Shown: piece by piece, positions 52,117 through 61,477 of the stretch | Layout: each line of letters begins with the position of its first letter | Numbering within the stretch: position 1 is the first letter of the stretch | DNA from: Arcobacteraceae bacterium | GTDB taxonomy: Bacteria; Campylobacterota; Campylobacteria; Campylobacterales; Arcobacteraceae | Direction: 5' to 3' | Assembly: GCA_048268245.1 (NCBI GenBank) | Contig: JBLWVX010000001.1 | Location: 128,001 to 192,000, forward strand | Length of the DNA: 64,000 bases | The notes under the pieces: generated by a model | Seen by the model: the letters and a program-made list of their open reading frames with translations, nothing else | What the model was told of the DNA's origin: nothing | Databases searched by the model: none | Program-made: the position numbers and the translations under genes

Positions 52117-54033
52117 ATGAAAACATATAACTATACAATTAAAGACGAATCTTTAGAACTGTTAATAGACTTTGACACTTTAAAAAAAGAAAAAAACATA
52201 TTAATACAAATTTTTTGTGGTCAATCAAAAGAAATTATGAAAACTATTCTAAATAAATTGAAAAAAGAACTTCCTCAAGCAATTTGTATTGGCTCATCTA
52301 CTGATGGAGAGATAGACAATGCAAATATTTCTACAAAAAGAACAGTAATATCTATATCAGTATTTGAAAAAACTCAATTAAAAGTAGCCTATGTACAAAA
52401 TGACAACTCTTATATAAATGGTCAAAAACTAGCAAAGCAGTTATGTAATGAAGATACAAAACTACTTATTACATTTACTGATGGTGAAACTACAAATGGG
52501 GAAGAGTTTTTAAAAGGTATAAGCTCTATTAATAGTAAAGTAGTTGTAAGTGGTGGAATGGCAGCAGATAATGCAACCTTTAAAGAAACATTTATTTTAT
52601 GTCAAGATAAGATTATTACAAAAGGTGCAGTTGCTGTATCTCTTAACTCTAAAGATTTAAAAATTTGTAATGCTTATAACTTTAACTGGTCACCAATAGG
52701 AATAGATCATGAAATAGAAGAAGTTAAAGATAATAGGGTTTATAAAATCTCAGGATTAACACCTTTAGACTTTTATGAAAAATATTTAGGTGAATATGTT
52801 GCAAAAGCCTTACCTGCAACAGGAATAGAGTTTCCTTTAATTGTACAAAAGAATGGAATGCCACTAGCTAGAGCTGTAATTCAAAAACATAGTGATGGAA
52901 GCTTAAGTTTTGCAGGTAATTTAAATAAAGGGGATATTGTAAAGTTAGGCTTTGGTAATGTTGAGCTTATAATGAACAACCCTTTACAATCTTTATTTAA
53001 TAAGTGTTCAGTAACAGGTGTTGAGTCATTTTTTATCTATACTTGTATGGCAAGAAGAAGATATATTCCTGATTTAATTGATATTGAAATTAAGCCATTT
53101 TCAGAAATTGCAAATACATCAGGATTTTTTACATATGGAGAGTTTTATCATAATGATGGGCACAATGAGTTATTAAACCAAACATTAACAGTTGTTGGAC
53201 TTAGTGAAAATAGTGAAATAACTTATGAAGAAAAAGAAGAAGTAGAAGAAAAAAATGACAATGATGATATAAGTGAACAAGCAAGAAGCTTACAAGCTTT
53301 AACACATCTAATTGAACAATCTTCAAAAGATTATAGTAATCAATCTAAGAAGTTAGAAGAAGGAAATAGATACGCTCAAAATTTGCTTGAGTCACAAAAA
53401 CAGTTTTTAAAATATACAATTCATGAAACAAATACTCCCCTTTCAATTATTATGGGGAATATTGACATGTATGAAATTGAGCATGGAAAAAACAAATATT
53501 TATCTAATATTGAAGTTGCTATGAAAAATGTTTTTAGTATTTACGATGATTTAAGTTACTTAGTAAAAAAAGATCATGTAAATAAAGCAACACATGAAAT
53601 AAACTTAGTTGATTTTGTAAGAAGTAGAATTGAGTTTTTTACTCAAACTGCCCTAAAATTTAAATCAACACTAAATTTTATTCATAATATTGATGAAATA
53701 AATATAAGTTTCAATGAGATTAAACTTCAAAGAATAGTTGATAACAATCTTACAAATGCAATTAAATATACATTACCAAATGAAACTATATATGTAAAGC
53801 TTATATATAGAAATAATGAGTGTGACTTTATAATTGAGAGTCGTTCAGTTCAAATACTAGAACCTCAAAAGATTTTTGAAGAGTATTATCGAGAAGAAGA
53901 ATCAAAAGATGGTTTTGGACTTGGACTAAATCTTGTAAAAAGAATTTGTAGTGAAGAAAATGTTGGAATAAAACTAGAGTCTGGTGAAAACTGGGCTTCA
54001 TTTACTTATACATTTAAAGGAATTGAAAAATGA
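52117..54033 (+). CDS. Cytoplasmic FIST-domain sensor histidine kinase
   Basis: FIST motifs IGSSTDGEI, SGGMAAD, WSPIG, EFPL, YTCMARR, GFFTYGEF...LLNQT; H-box HETNTPL, NAIKY, GFGLGL; no TM segment. Confidence 0.9.
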   Translation: MKTYNYTIKDESLELLIDFDTLKKEKNILIQIFCGQSKEIMKTILNKLKKELPQAICIGSSTDGEIDNANISTKRTVISISVFEKTQLKVAYVQNDNSYINGQKLAKQLCNEDTKLLITFTDGETTNGEEFLKGISSINSKVVVSGGMAADNATFKETFILCQDKIITKGAVAVSLNSKDLKICNAYNFNWSPIGIDHEIEEVKDNRVYKISGLTPLDFYEKYLGEYVAKALPATGIEFPLIVQKNGMPLARAVIQKHSDGSLSFAGNLNKGDIVKLGFGNVELIMNNPLQSLFNKCSVTGVESFFIYTCMARRRYIPDLIDIEIKPFSEIANTSGFFTYGEFYHNDGHNELLNQTLTVVGLSENSEITYEEKEEVEEKNDNDDISEQARSLQALTHLIEQSSKDYSNQSKKLEEGNRYAQNLLESQKQFLKYTIHETNTPLSIIMGNIDMYEIEHGKNKYLSNIEVAMKNVFSIYDDLSYLVKKDHVNKATHEINLVDFVRSRIEFFTQTALKFKSTLNFIHNIDEINISFNEIKLQRIVDNNLTNAIKYTLPNETIYVKLIYRNNECDFIIESRSVQILEPQKIFEEYYREEESKDGFGLGLNLVKRICSEENVGIKLESGENWASFTYTFKGIEK

Positions 54034-54689
54034 AAATATTACTTTTAGAAGATGATATTATGTTAAATGAGATGATTACAGAATATTTAACTTCAACTGG
54101 TCATTCTATTACTAATACAACAAAAGGTGACGAGTGTCTAAATATTTTAGAAGAAGAAAAGTTTGATTTATTAATACTTGATATAAATGTACCAAATATT
54201 GATGGATTAACTGTTTTAGAGCAATTACATGAAAAGAAAAGAATGATACCAACTATATTTATATCAGCACTTATTGATATTGAAGATATTGATAGAGCCT
54301 TTAATATAGGTTGTCATGATTATCTAAAAAAACCTTTTCACTTAAGAGAGCTAACACTTAGAATAAATAAAATTCTAAAAACAAATATTGCTCCACAAAA
54401 ACATAAAAGGTTATCAAAAAACTATAGTTTTGATGCAGAGACTATGACTTTATATTTTAATAATGAGCCTCATATCTTACCTAAAAGACAACTTCAAATT
54501 ATTGAATTACTAGCTCATAATAGAAGCTTAGTTGTACAATACGATATGTTTAGAACCTATGTTTGGAATGATGATTTTATAGACAATGCGACAATTAGAG
54601 CAGAAGTAAATAGAGTAAAAAAAGTTTTAAAAGAAGACTTTATTAAAAATATTAGAGGAAGTGGTTATATGGTTGAAAGACCAAACTAA
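54030..54689 (+). CDS. OmpR/PhoB-family response regulator
   Basis: LLEDD, LDINVP, DYLKKPF; winged-helix C-terminus IKNIRGSGY; overlaps the kinase stop. Confidence 0.93.
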   Translation: MKILLLEDDIMLNEMITEYLTSTGHSITNTTKGDECLNILEEEKFDLLILDINVPNIDGLTVLEQLHEKKRMIPTIFISALIDIEDIDRAFNIGCHDYLKKPFHLRELTLRINKILKTNIAPQKHKRLSKNYSFDAETMTLYFNNEPHILPKRQLQIIELLAHNRSLVVQYDMFRTYVWNDDFIDNATIRAEVNRVKKVLKEDFIKNIRGSGYMVERPN

Positions 54690-54698
54690 CCCTTACTT

Positions 54699-55568
54699 CT
54701 AAAACTTAATAGATACATAAAAGCTTAAATCAAACTCATTATCATCACTTAGAAAGTTGTTTTTTCTATACTCCACATAAGATGGTTTTGTTGTTGTTTC
54801 AAACTCACTTCTAGGTAACCATTCATGATAAACCCAATGAATAAACTTTAAAACATCCCCATGTACTCCTTGCAAATCAAATCTAGCATAAACTCCATCA
54901 GCTATTTTAAAGTCAGGAAGTCTATCACTTTTTACCTCTTCCTTTGTTTCAAGACAAGCAATATATTGACAATCATTTAAAGGAGTTATTGAAGGGTTAT
55001 CATGAAAAAGCGCAATCTCTTTATACTCTTTTATATCATTTGATAATCTCCAAACTTGCATTTTCTGCCACGCTTGTTTTATATTTATGTTATAACCCCT
55101 ATTTCTAATATAGTATGCTTTTCTAAAAGGCATCTTTACAATGGTTGGTGTTATTTCATTAAAATTAGCTTTTGACTCCATGGCTTTGGGTGACTGTTGT
55201 AAAATATTGTTAGAGTATTCTTTATATCCACCCTTTTTCCATTGTTTTGGAGTCATTTCAAATCTCTCTTTAAAAGTTTTAATAAAAGATGATTGAGAGG
55301 AGTATCCACACTCATTTGCAATTTCAGATATTGTTGAATATTTATTTGTAAGAAGTAAATTAGATGCTTTTTGTAATCTAATAGATTTGATACTCTCATA
55401 AATATTTTTTCCAAATGCTTCTTTGAATATTCTATGCATATGAAATTTACTAATATCTAAATCAATACTAAGCTCTTCTATATCGATGTTTGTTTCAATA
55501 TGAGTATAAATATAAAACATTATATCATTGGCTATTTTTGTTCTTTTTTGTAGTGTCTCTTTTTTCAT
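54699..55568 (-). CDS. AraC-family regulator with C-terminal GyrI-like domain
   Basis: SKFHMHRIFK..FG, IA.ECGYSSQSSF..FK..F..TP; HDNPSITP...CQY.AC, IY.EWLP.S-like; ATG at 55568. Confidence 0.9.
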   Translation of the reverse strand: MKKETLQKRTKIANDIMFYIYTHIETNIDIEELSIDLDISKFHMHRIFKEAFGKNIYESIKSIRLQKASNLLLTNKYSTISEIANECGYSSQSSFIKTFKERFEMTPKQWKKGGYKEYSNNILQQSPKAMESKANFNEITPTIVKMPFRKAYYIRNRGYNINIKQAWQKMQVWRLSNDIKEYKEIALFHDNPSITPLNDCQYIACLETKEEVKSDRLPDFKIADGVYARFDLQGVHGDVLKFIHWVYHEWLPRSEFETTTKPSYVEYRKNNFLSDDNEFDLSFYVSIKF

Positions 55569-55708
55569 AAGATAGATTATAGCACAAATAAAATATAAAA
55601 GTAGCACTAACAAACAATTTTAACAGCACTTAAAAAGAAGAATTATTTCTGAATTTTTCATACAATAACTACAATTCAAATATAAGTAAGTATTTTAGGA
55701 AGAAAATT

Positions 55709-56365
55709 ATGGACTTAAATAAACAAATGAATTTAGTTTTGCAACAATGTGAATCTATTAATTTACAAAAATTAAAATTAGATACACTACTAATTATTGT
55801 TCATCATCTACTAAGTGATTATAAAAAAATGCAATTACCAAAAGATGAAAAAGAAACAAAGTTTATTCATGACAATGTAAAAAATCTAAAAAATTATTTA
55901 GACAATAATATTGTAACAAGTGAAACACTTTCATATGTTTTCCAGAACCAAAATAAGTCTTCAACACTTAAAAAAATATCAACTAATTTAGAACCAATGA
56001 GGGCTTATTATAAATTCCTAACCTCAATCTTTTCTTCCCAACTAAAGAAGGGTTCGTATTGGATTCCTGAACTACTTGCTTTTAGTTTGATTTACAGTTA
56101 TAAAAAAGAGTTCGAAAAATCTTTTTGTTCATATACGTTCATTGAAAGCTTCCCTATTGAAAAGATACTAAATATCTACAATGAAAACAATATAGCAGTA
56201 AAGAAAAATATATCTCAAAAAGAGAATATTCCAACTTGGAAAGTTAAGACAAGTTTGGATGAGATGTATGATTTATCTGAATATATGATAAAAAAGTATC
56301 TGACATACAATTTCAAAATAAATACAAAAAGAGTTTCAAAAACTAGAAAAAAAAGAAGAAGATAG
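55709..56365 (+). CDS. Hypothetical protein
   Basis: 218-aa ORF with AGGA RBS; basic C-terminal tail; no recognised motif. Confidence 0.7.
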   Translation: MDLNKQMNLVLQQCESINLQKLKLDTLLIIVHHLLSDYKKMQLPKDEKETKFIHDNVKNLKNYLDNNIVTSETLSYVFQNQNKSSTLKKISTNLEPMRAYYKFLTSIFSSQLKKGSYWIPELLAFSLIYSYKKEFEKSFCSYTFIESFPIEKILNIYNENNIAVKKNISQKENIPTWKVKTSLDEMYDLSEYMIKKYLTYNFKINTKRVSKTRKKRRR

Positions 56366-56376
56366 ATTTAAATCTA

Positions 56377-57510
56377 TCAAGCTTCTAAAAATGAAATAGA
56401 ATTTTTTCTATTTCTGTAAAAAATCTTTTGATCGCTATAAGTTATACTATCTTGGATTTTTTGCGTAACAACTGCATGGTCAGGTGATTTAGAACACACA
56501 GGATCTGCAGCATTCATCTCTCCTGTTAGAGCAAAGGCTTGGCATCTGCAACCGCCAAAGTCTTTGTCTCTTTCATCACAAGTACGACAAGGCTCTTTCA
56601 TCCAACTATCACCTCTAAAATAATTAAAGGCTTTTGAATCATACCATACTTCTTTTACAGAGTTTTCTTTTACATTTGGAAAATCTAAAGGTAAAGTATT
56701 TGCTGTATTACATGGAAGTGCAACCCCATCAGGATTGATAGTTAAAAAAGTAGTACCCCATCCATTCATACAAGCTTTTGGTCTATCAGCAAAATAATCA
56801 GGTACAACTAAAAATACTTTCATAGCATCATCTTTTTGTCTATACTCATTTACTTTTGCTTTTGCTTCATCTAATTGCTCTTTTGAAGGAAGCAATGCAT
56901 TTATATTTTTTAATGCCCAACCATAATATTGAATATTTGCAATTTCTAAATAATTTGCCCCAAGAGTTTCAGCAAATTCAATAATCTGCCCTACTTGATG
57001 AATATTTTGTCTAGTAATACAAGTATTAACTATAAGTTGAAGTCCTGCTTCTTTTACTTCTTTAGCAAAAGCAATTTTTTCTTTATATGAATTTTTATTG
57101 TTAGTAATTAAAGTCATAGTATTTTCATCATGAGATTGAATACCTAACTGTACTGTTTTAAGGCCTGCATCTTTTAGTTTTTTTACTATTCCTTTTGGAG
57201 CACCAACACCTGATGTGATTAAATTAGTATAAAACTTTAAATCATTTGCTTTTTGAACTATATCAACTATATCTTTATTTAATAAAGGCTCTCCACCTGA
57301 AATACCAAGTTGAACAGCACCAAGTTCTCTAACCTCATCCATTACTCTAAACCAATCATCTTTGCTCATAGCATCTTTTGTATTTACAAAATCAAGTTGA
57401 TTATAACAATATGAACACTCTAAAGGACACTTATGAGTTAATTCTAAAAGTACCCATAAAGGGGGCTTTATATCTAGTTTCTCATTATTGTTTTTATCAT
57501 TAATCGACAT
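56377..57510 (-). CDS. pqqE: PqqA peptide cyclase (radical SAM/SPASM)
   Basis: ELTHKCPLECSYC (CxxxCxxC), SGGEPL, KACMNGWG, MKEPCRTC...DFGGCRCQA. Confidence 0.96.
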   Translation of the reverse strand: MSINDKNNNEKLDIKPPLWVLLELTHKCPLECSYCYNQLDFVNTKDAMSKDDWFRVMDEVRELGAVQLGISGGEPLLNKDIVDIVQKANDLKFYTNLITSGVGAPKGIVKKLKDAGLKTVQLGIQSHDENTMTLITNNKNSYKEKIAFAKEVKEAGLQLIVNTCITRQNIHQVGQIIEFAETLGANYLEIANIQYYGWALKNINALLPSKEQLDEAKAKVNEYRQKDDAMKVFLVVPDYFADRPKACMNGWGTTFLTINPDGVALPCNTANTLPLDFPNVKENSVKEVWYDSKAFNYFRGDSWMKEPCRTCDERDKDFGGCRCQAFALTGEMNAADPVCSKSPDHAVVTQKIQDSITYSDQKIFYRNRKNSISFLEA

Positions 57511-57769
57511 ACTGCACCCACTTTCTTTCAAATGCTTCATTAAAAAACGCTTCTATATCTTTTTCTAAACCAGACATTTCAAACTTTTTTTCTAAAGTTT
57601 CTACTATCTCATTAAAACTTTTTGTTCCATCACACTGGTTCATAATTTCACCAGCACTTTGATTTAACTGAACCATACCTTCAGGATACAATAATACAAA
57701 ACAGTCTTGTGCTTTTTCAAATTGTAATTGAAAGTGATTATTCACTACAATTAATTTTTCTTTGTGCAT
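57500..57769 (-). CDS. pqqD: PqqA-binding peptide chaperone
   Basis: [18 protein letters not shown]...CDG. Confidence 0.95.
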   Translation of the reverse strand: MHKEKLIVVNNHFQLQFEKAQDCFVLLYPEGMVQLNQSAGEIMNQCDGTKSFNEIVETLEKKFEMSGLEKDIEAFFNEAFERKWVQYVD

Positions 57770-58496
57770 CTTCTACCCCTTCTATATTAAAGTATGGAGG
57801 TTGTTTTAATTCATATGCTAGATATAAAGCATCACACATAGTCCATAAAATATCTAATTTAAATTGTAATATTTCACAAGCTTTACTTTGTAGTTCAACT
57901 GTATTAAACTCTTCTAAAGTTAATGATAATCCATGTTGGACATCTCTTCTTGCTTCACTTAATCTTTTTTGGAAATATCTTAAACCTTTTGGTTCAATCC
58001 AAGGATAATTATCAGGCCAAGTATTAAGTCTTTGTTGATGAATTTCAGGAGCAAACATCTCAGTTAAAGATGACATTGCAGCCTCTTTCCAAGGTCTTTG
58101 TTTTGCAAAATTTATATATGCTTCAACTGCAAACTTAACAGATGGTAAAACATATTTATGAGAAATTAAGTCCTGCTTATTTAATCCAACAGCTTCACCT
58201 AATTCAAGCCAAGCTTCAATTCCTCCACCAACACTATCATGGTCAATAATTCTATCTATCCACTTTCTTCTATCTTCTAAAGGAGGATTATTTGACATGA
58301 TTGCAGCATCTTTAATAGGAATTGCTGTTTGATAATAAAATCTATTTGCTACCCATCCTTGAATCTCTTCTTTTGTACATTCACCTTTATACATTCTAAT
58401 ATGAAATGGATGATGTATATGATACATCTTACCCATAGCTCTTAATTTTTGTTCAAACTCATCTTTTGAAAGTAATTGGTCAATTTTTTTAGTCAT
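57738..58496 (-). CDS. pqqC: Pyrroloquinoline-quinone synthase
   Basis: [41 protein letters not shown]. Confidence 0.96.
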   Translation of the reverse strand: MTKKIDQLLSKDEFEQKLRAMGKMYHIHHPFHIRMYKGECTKEEIQGWVANRFYYQTAIPIKDAAIMSNNPPLEDRRKWIDRIIDHDSVGGGIEAWLELGEAVGLNKQDLISHKYVLPSVKFAVEAYINFAKQRPWKEAAMSSLTEMFAPEIHQQRLNTWPDNYPWIEPKGLRYFQKRLSEARRDVQHGLSLTLEEFNTVELQSKACEILQFKLDILWTMCDALYLAYELKQPPYFNIEGVEDAQRKINCSE

Positions 58497-58512
58497 AATA
58501 TTCTCTCCTTTA

Positions 58513-59430
58513 TTATATTTCTATACTCATACCATCATAAGAAACTTCAATTCCATGTGAAATAAGCTCCTTATACTCATCACTACTCTCATCTAAGATA
58601 GGATTTGTATTATTTATATGAATTAGTATTTTTCTTGGTTTTTCTAAACTATCTAAAACTTTGATAAGTCCCTCTTCTCCACTTAATGGAATATGTCCCA
58701 TATCAGTTCCAAGCTTATTTGAAAAGTTTCCTTTTATCATTTCATCATTTGTCCATAATGTTCCTTCTATTAAAAGAACATCTGCATTTCTCATTTCTTC
58801 AAATACATGGTCTTCCATAACACCAAGTCCAGGTAAATAAAATAGTCTTTTTCCTGTATTTTTATTTACAACAGTTATTCCTATATTATCACCCTTTCTA
58901 GGTTTATCTCTATACTCTGAGTATGGAGGTGCATTTGAAATTAATGCATGGGCATAAAACTCATAACTAGGCATTACAGGAATTTCAAATTTTGTAGTTG
59001 AATCTGGTAAGATTTCATGCCAGGCAGTTCCTCCACCATCCCAATGTTTTAGCATTTTCATAGTAGGAAATGATGTGTTTAATTCTTCATTTACTTCTTT
59101 TGTACAGTAAATTTGATGAGGACATCCCTCTCTTAACATAAGTAGACCTGTTGTATGGTCAATTTGTGCATCATTGAAAACAATAGCTTTTATTTTTGTT
59201 TCTCTTTTTTTAGTTGGGTGTAAAAAAGGGGAATTATGAATTTGCTCTAAAATATCTGGTGAAGTGTTAAATAAAACCCAGTTTTCACCATCTTCACTTA
59301 TAGTAATAGAACTTTGTGTTCTTCTTTTAATAGTTTCTTTACCTTCTCTGTAACCCTTACAGTTATCACAGTTACAGTTAAACTGAGGAAGTCCTCCTCC
59401 TGCACCTGATCCTAAAACTTCTATTCTCAT
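58513..59430 (-). CDS. pqqB: PQQ biosynthesis protein B
   Basis: [45 protein letters not shown]. Confidence 0.96.
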   Translation of the reverse strand: MRIEVLGSGAGGGLPQFNCNCDNCKGYREGKETIKRRTQSSITISEDGENWVLFNTSPDILEQIHNSPFLHPTKKRETKIKAIVFNDAQIDHTTGLLMLREGCPHQIYCTKEVNEELNTSFPTMKMLKHWDGGGTAWHEILPDSTTKFEIPVMPSYEFYAHALISNAPPYSEYRDKPRKGDNIGITVVNKNTGKRLFYLPGLGVMEDHVFEEMRNADVLLIEGTLWTNDEMIKGNFSNKLGTDMGHIPLSGEEGLIKVLDSLEKPRKILIHINNTNPILDESSDEYKELISHGIEVSYDGMSIEI

Positions 59431-59443
59431 AATCTTCCCTTAA

Positions 59444-59488
59444 CTCTTTTTATAATTAAGTCTATTTTAGACTTAATTATAAAAAGAG
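59444..59488. repeat. Perfect 21-bp inverted repeat upstream of the pqqB RBS
   Basis: CTCTTTTTATAATTAAGTCTA-TTT-TAGACTTAATTATAAAAAGAG. Confidence 0.85.
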
Positions 59489-59513
59489 CAAACTAGCCGA
59501 AACTAGTTTACTC
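59481..59513 (-). terminator. Intrinsic terminator between pqqA and pqqB
   Basis: Minus strand: GAGTAAACTAG-TTTCGG-CTAGTTTGCTC-TTTTT. Confidence 0.8.
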
Positions 59514-59523
59514 AAATTAGGTT

Positions 59524-59598
59524 CTACTCGTTACAAATATACATTGTTACTTCAAAACCAAATCTATTATCTACAAACATAGGTGTTTCCCATTTCAT
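59524..59598 (-). CDS. pqqA: PQQ precursor peptide PqqA (MKWETPMFVDNRFGFEVTMYICNE); not in ORF track
   Basis: Manual translation gives 24 aa with W..P...D.R.GFEVTMY (E-x-x-x-Y); AAGGAGG RBS upstream; directly before pqqB. Confidence 0.97.
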   Translation of the reverse strand: MKWETPMFVDNRFGFEVTMYICNE

Positions 59599-59634
59599 AA
59601 CAATTACCTCCTTTGTAAGATTTTTGTGTTCAAA

Positions 59635-61425
59635 CTACTTATGTAATTTGAACACGTGTACTGAACCACCTTGGTTTAAAAGCTTAACAGCTTTTGCAAC
59701 TTCACCACCCCATAAAGGAACGGCTCCACCCCAACCAGATACTACAGCAATATATTGCTCACCATTTTGCTCCCAAGTAATAGGAGAAGAAACGATTCCA
59801 GATCCAACATTAAATGAGTATAACTCTTTACCCGTTTCATCATCTAATGCTAAAAGTTTACCTTCTGGATTACCTGTAATTACTAAACCACCAGCAGTAG
59901 TTAAAACTCCACCCCATAATGGTGCTTTGTTTTTATAAATCCACTTAATTTTTCCAGTTACAGGATCAACAGCTTTGATAGCACCAATGTGATCTTCGTA
60001 AATAGGTTTAATAGTAAATCCAGCACCTAAGTATGCTGCACCTTTTTTATAAGAAACAGGTTGATTCCAAATATCCATTCCCCACTCATTTGCAGGAACA
60101 TAGAATAATCCAGTTTTTTGTGAGTATGCCATTGGATTCCAGTTTTTCCCACCTAAGAATGAAGGTACTGAGAATACAGATTTACCTTTTTTCCCATTTA
60201 CAGGAGCTCCAGGTCTATTATCTTCATTTACTATAGGTCTACCATTTTCATCAATTCCTTTAGCCCATGTGATTTTATCAACAAAAGGAGTAGATCTGAT
60301 GTATTTACCATTAACTCTATCTAAAACATAGAAGAATCCATTTTTATCAGCAGTAGCACCGGCTTTTACAACATTTCCATTTTCATCTTTGTAATCAAAT
60401 GGTATAAATTCAGCCATACCATCGTAATCCCATCCATCATTTGGAGTAGTTTGGTAATGCCATACAACTTTACCAGTATCAGGATTTACAGCAACTCTTG
60501 AAGCAGTGTATAAGTTATCACCTTTTCTTAAGTGAGAATTCCAAGGTGCAGGGTTTCCAGTTGGAACATAAATTAAGTCTGTTTCAGGATCGTAAGTTAC
60601 ACCATTCCATGGAGCACCACCACCATGTTTCCAAGTATCACCTTCCCAAGTAGCATTTAAAGTACCAGTAATACCATTTTCTTTACCATTTAAGTATCCC
60701 ATATGTCCTTCAACCATTGGTCTAGTCCATATTAATTTACCTGTATTTGGGTTTCTAGCCTCTACTTTACCAACAACACCAAATTCACCACCAGATACAC
60801 CAGTAATTAACATATCTTTTACGATAAGCGGAGCAGCTGTAAATGAGTACCCATCTTTATACTTAGCAATTCTTTTTTTCCATTTAACTTTACCAGTCTT
60901 TCTATCAAGAGCAACTAGTTTTGCATCAAGTGTTCCAAAAATAACTAAATCACCATATAATGCAGCACCTCTGTTAATAACATCACAACAAGGTAAAATT
61001 GCATCAGGAAGTCTTGCATCATATTGCCATAACTCTTCACCAGTTAAAATATCAATAGCAAAAAGTCTAGAGTAAGAAGCAGTTACATACATAACTCCAT
61101 CTTTAACTACAGGTTGAGACTCTTGTCCTCTTTGTTTTTCCCCACCAAAACTAAAGTTCCATACTGGAACTAAATCTTTAATTGTGTCTTTGTTGATTTG
61201 AGTTAATGTTGAGTATCTTTGACCTTTTGGTCCTAAACCATAACTAACTACATCACCAGGTGTTTTTGCATCATTTACGATTTCATCATATGTAACTGGT
61301 GCAAATGATGGTTTTGTAACTTTTGTTATGCTATTATTTTCTGTGTTGCTAGACATAGCACATCCACTAATTAGTGCAGCTAGTGTAACGGCAACTGCAC
61401 TAGTTAGCAATCTATTCTTATTCAT
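59635..61425 (-). CDS. pedH: Type I PQQ-dependent alcohol dehydrogenase, lanthanide-dependent PedH/ExaF type, predicted lipoprotein
   Basis: Vicinal C146-C147 (PCCDVINRG), E214 (SGGEFG), [10 protein letters not shown]333-Y-D335-[12 protein letters not shown]; lipobox ISG-C22. Confidence 0.88.
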   Translation of the reverse strand: MNKNRLLTSAVAVTLAALISGCAMSSNTENNSITKVTKPSFAPVTYDEIVNDAKTPGDVVSYGLGPKGQRYSTLTQINKDTIKDLVPVWNFSFGGEKQRGQESQPVVKDGVMYVTASYSRLFAIDILTGEELWQYDARLPDAILPCCDVINRGAALYGDLVIFGTLDAKLVALDRKTGKVKWKKRIAKYKDGYSFTAAPLIVKDMLITGVSGGEFGVVGKVEARNPNTGKLIWTRPMVEGHMGYLNGKENGITGTLNATWEGDTWKHGGGAPWNGVTYDPETDLIYVPTGNPAPWNSHLRKGDNLYTASRVAVNPDTGKVVWHYQTTPNDGWDYDGMAEFIPFDYKDENGNVVKAGATADKNGFFYVLDRVNGKYIRSTPFVDKITWAKGIDENGRPIVNEDNRPGAPVNGKKGKSVFSVPSFLGGKNWNPMAYSQKTGLFYVPANEWGMDIWNQPVSYKKGAAYLGAGFTIKPIYEDHIGAIKAVDPVTGKIKWIYKNKAPLWGGVLTTAGGLVITGNPEGKLLALDDETGKELYSFNVGSGIVSSPITWEQNGEQYIAVVSGWGGAVPLWGGEVAKAVKLLNQGGSVHVFKLHK

Positions 61426-61477
61426 CTTCTCTCCTTCTTAATTTTGATAACAAACCTGAAAAATTTGTCTGAAAAGA

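Noticed and set aside
59624..59938. 104-aa plus-strand ORF (also 60033-60236, 57709-58008, 63543-63755, 63633-63845)
   Set aside because: Antisense or alternate-frame shadows of well-supported ADH, pqqC and YVTN genes; no motifs
59635..61425. Calling the dehydrogenase XoxF/MxaF methanol dehydrogenase or a type II quinohemoprotein
   Set aside because: Sequence motifs are ExaA/PedH-like, there is no C-terminal CxxCH heme domain, and the context (AldB, DUF779) points to ethanol or higher alcohols rather than methylotrophy
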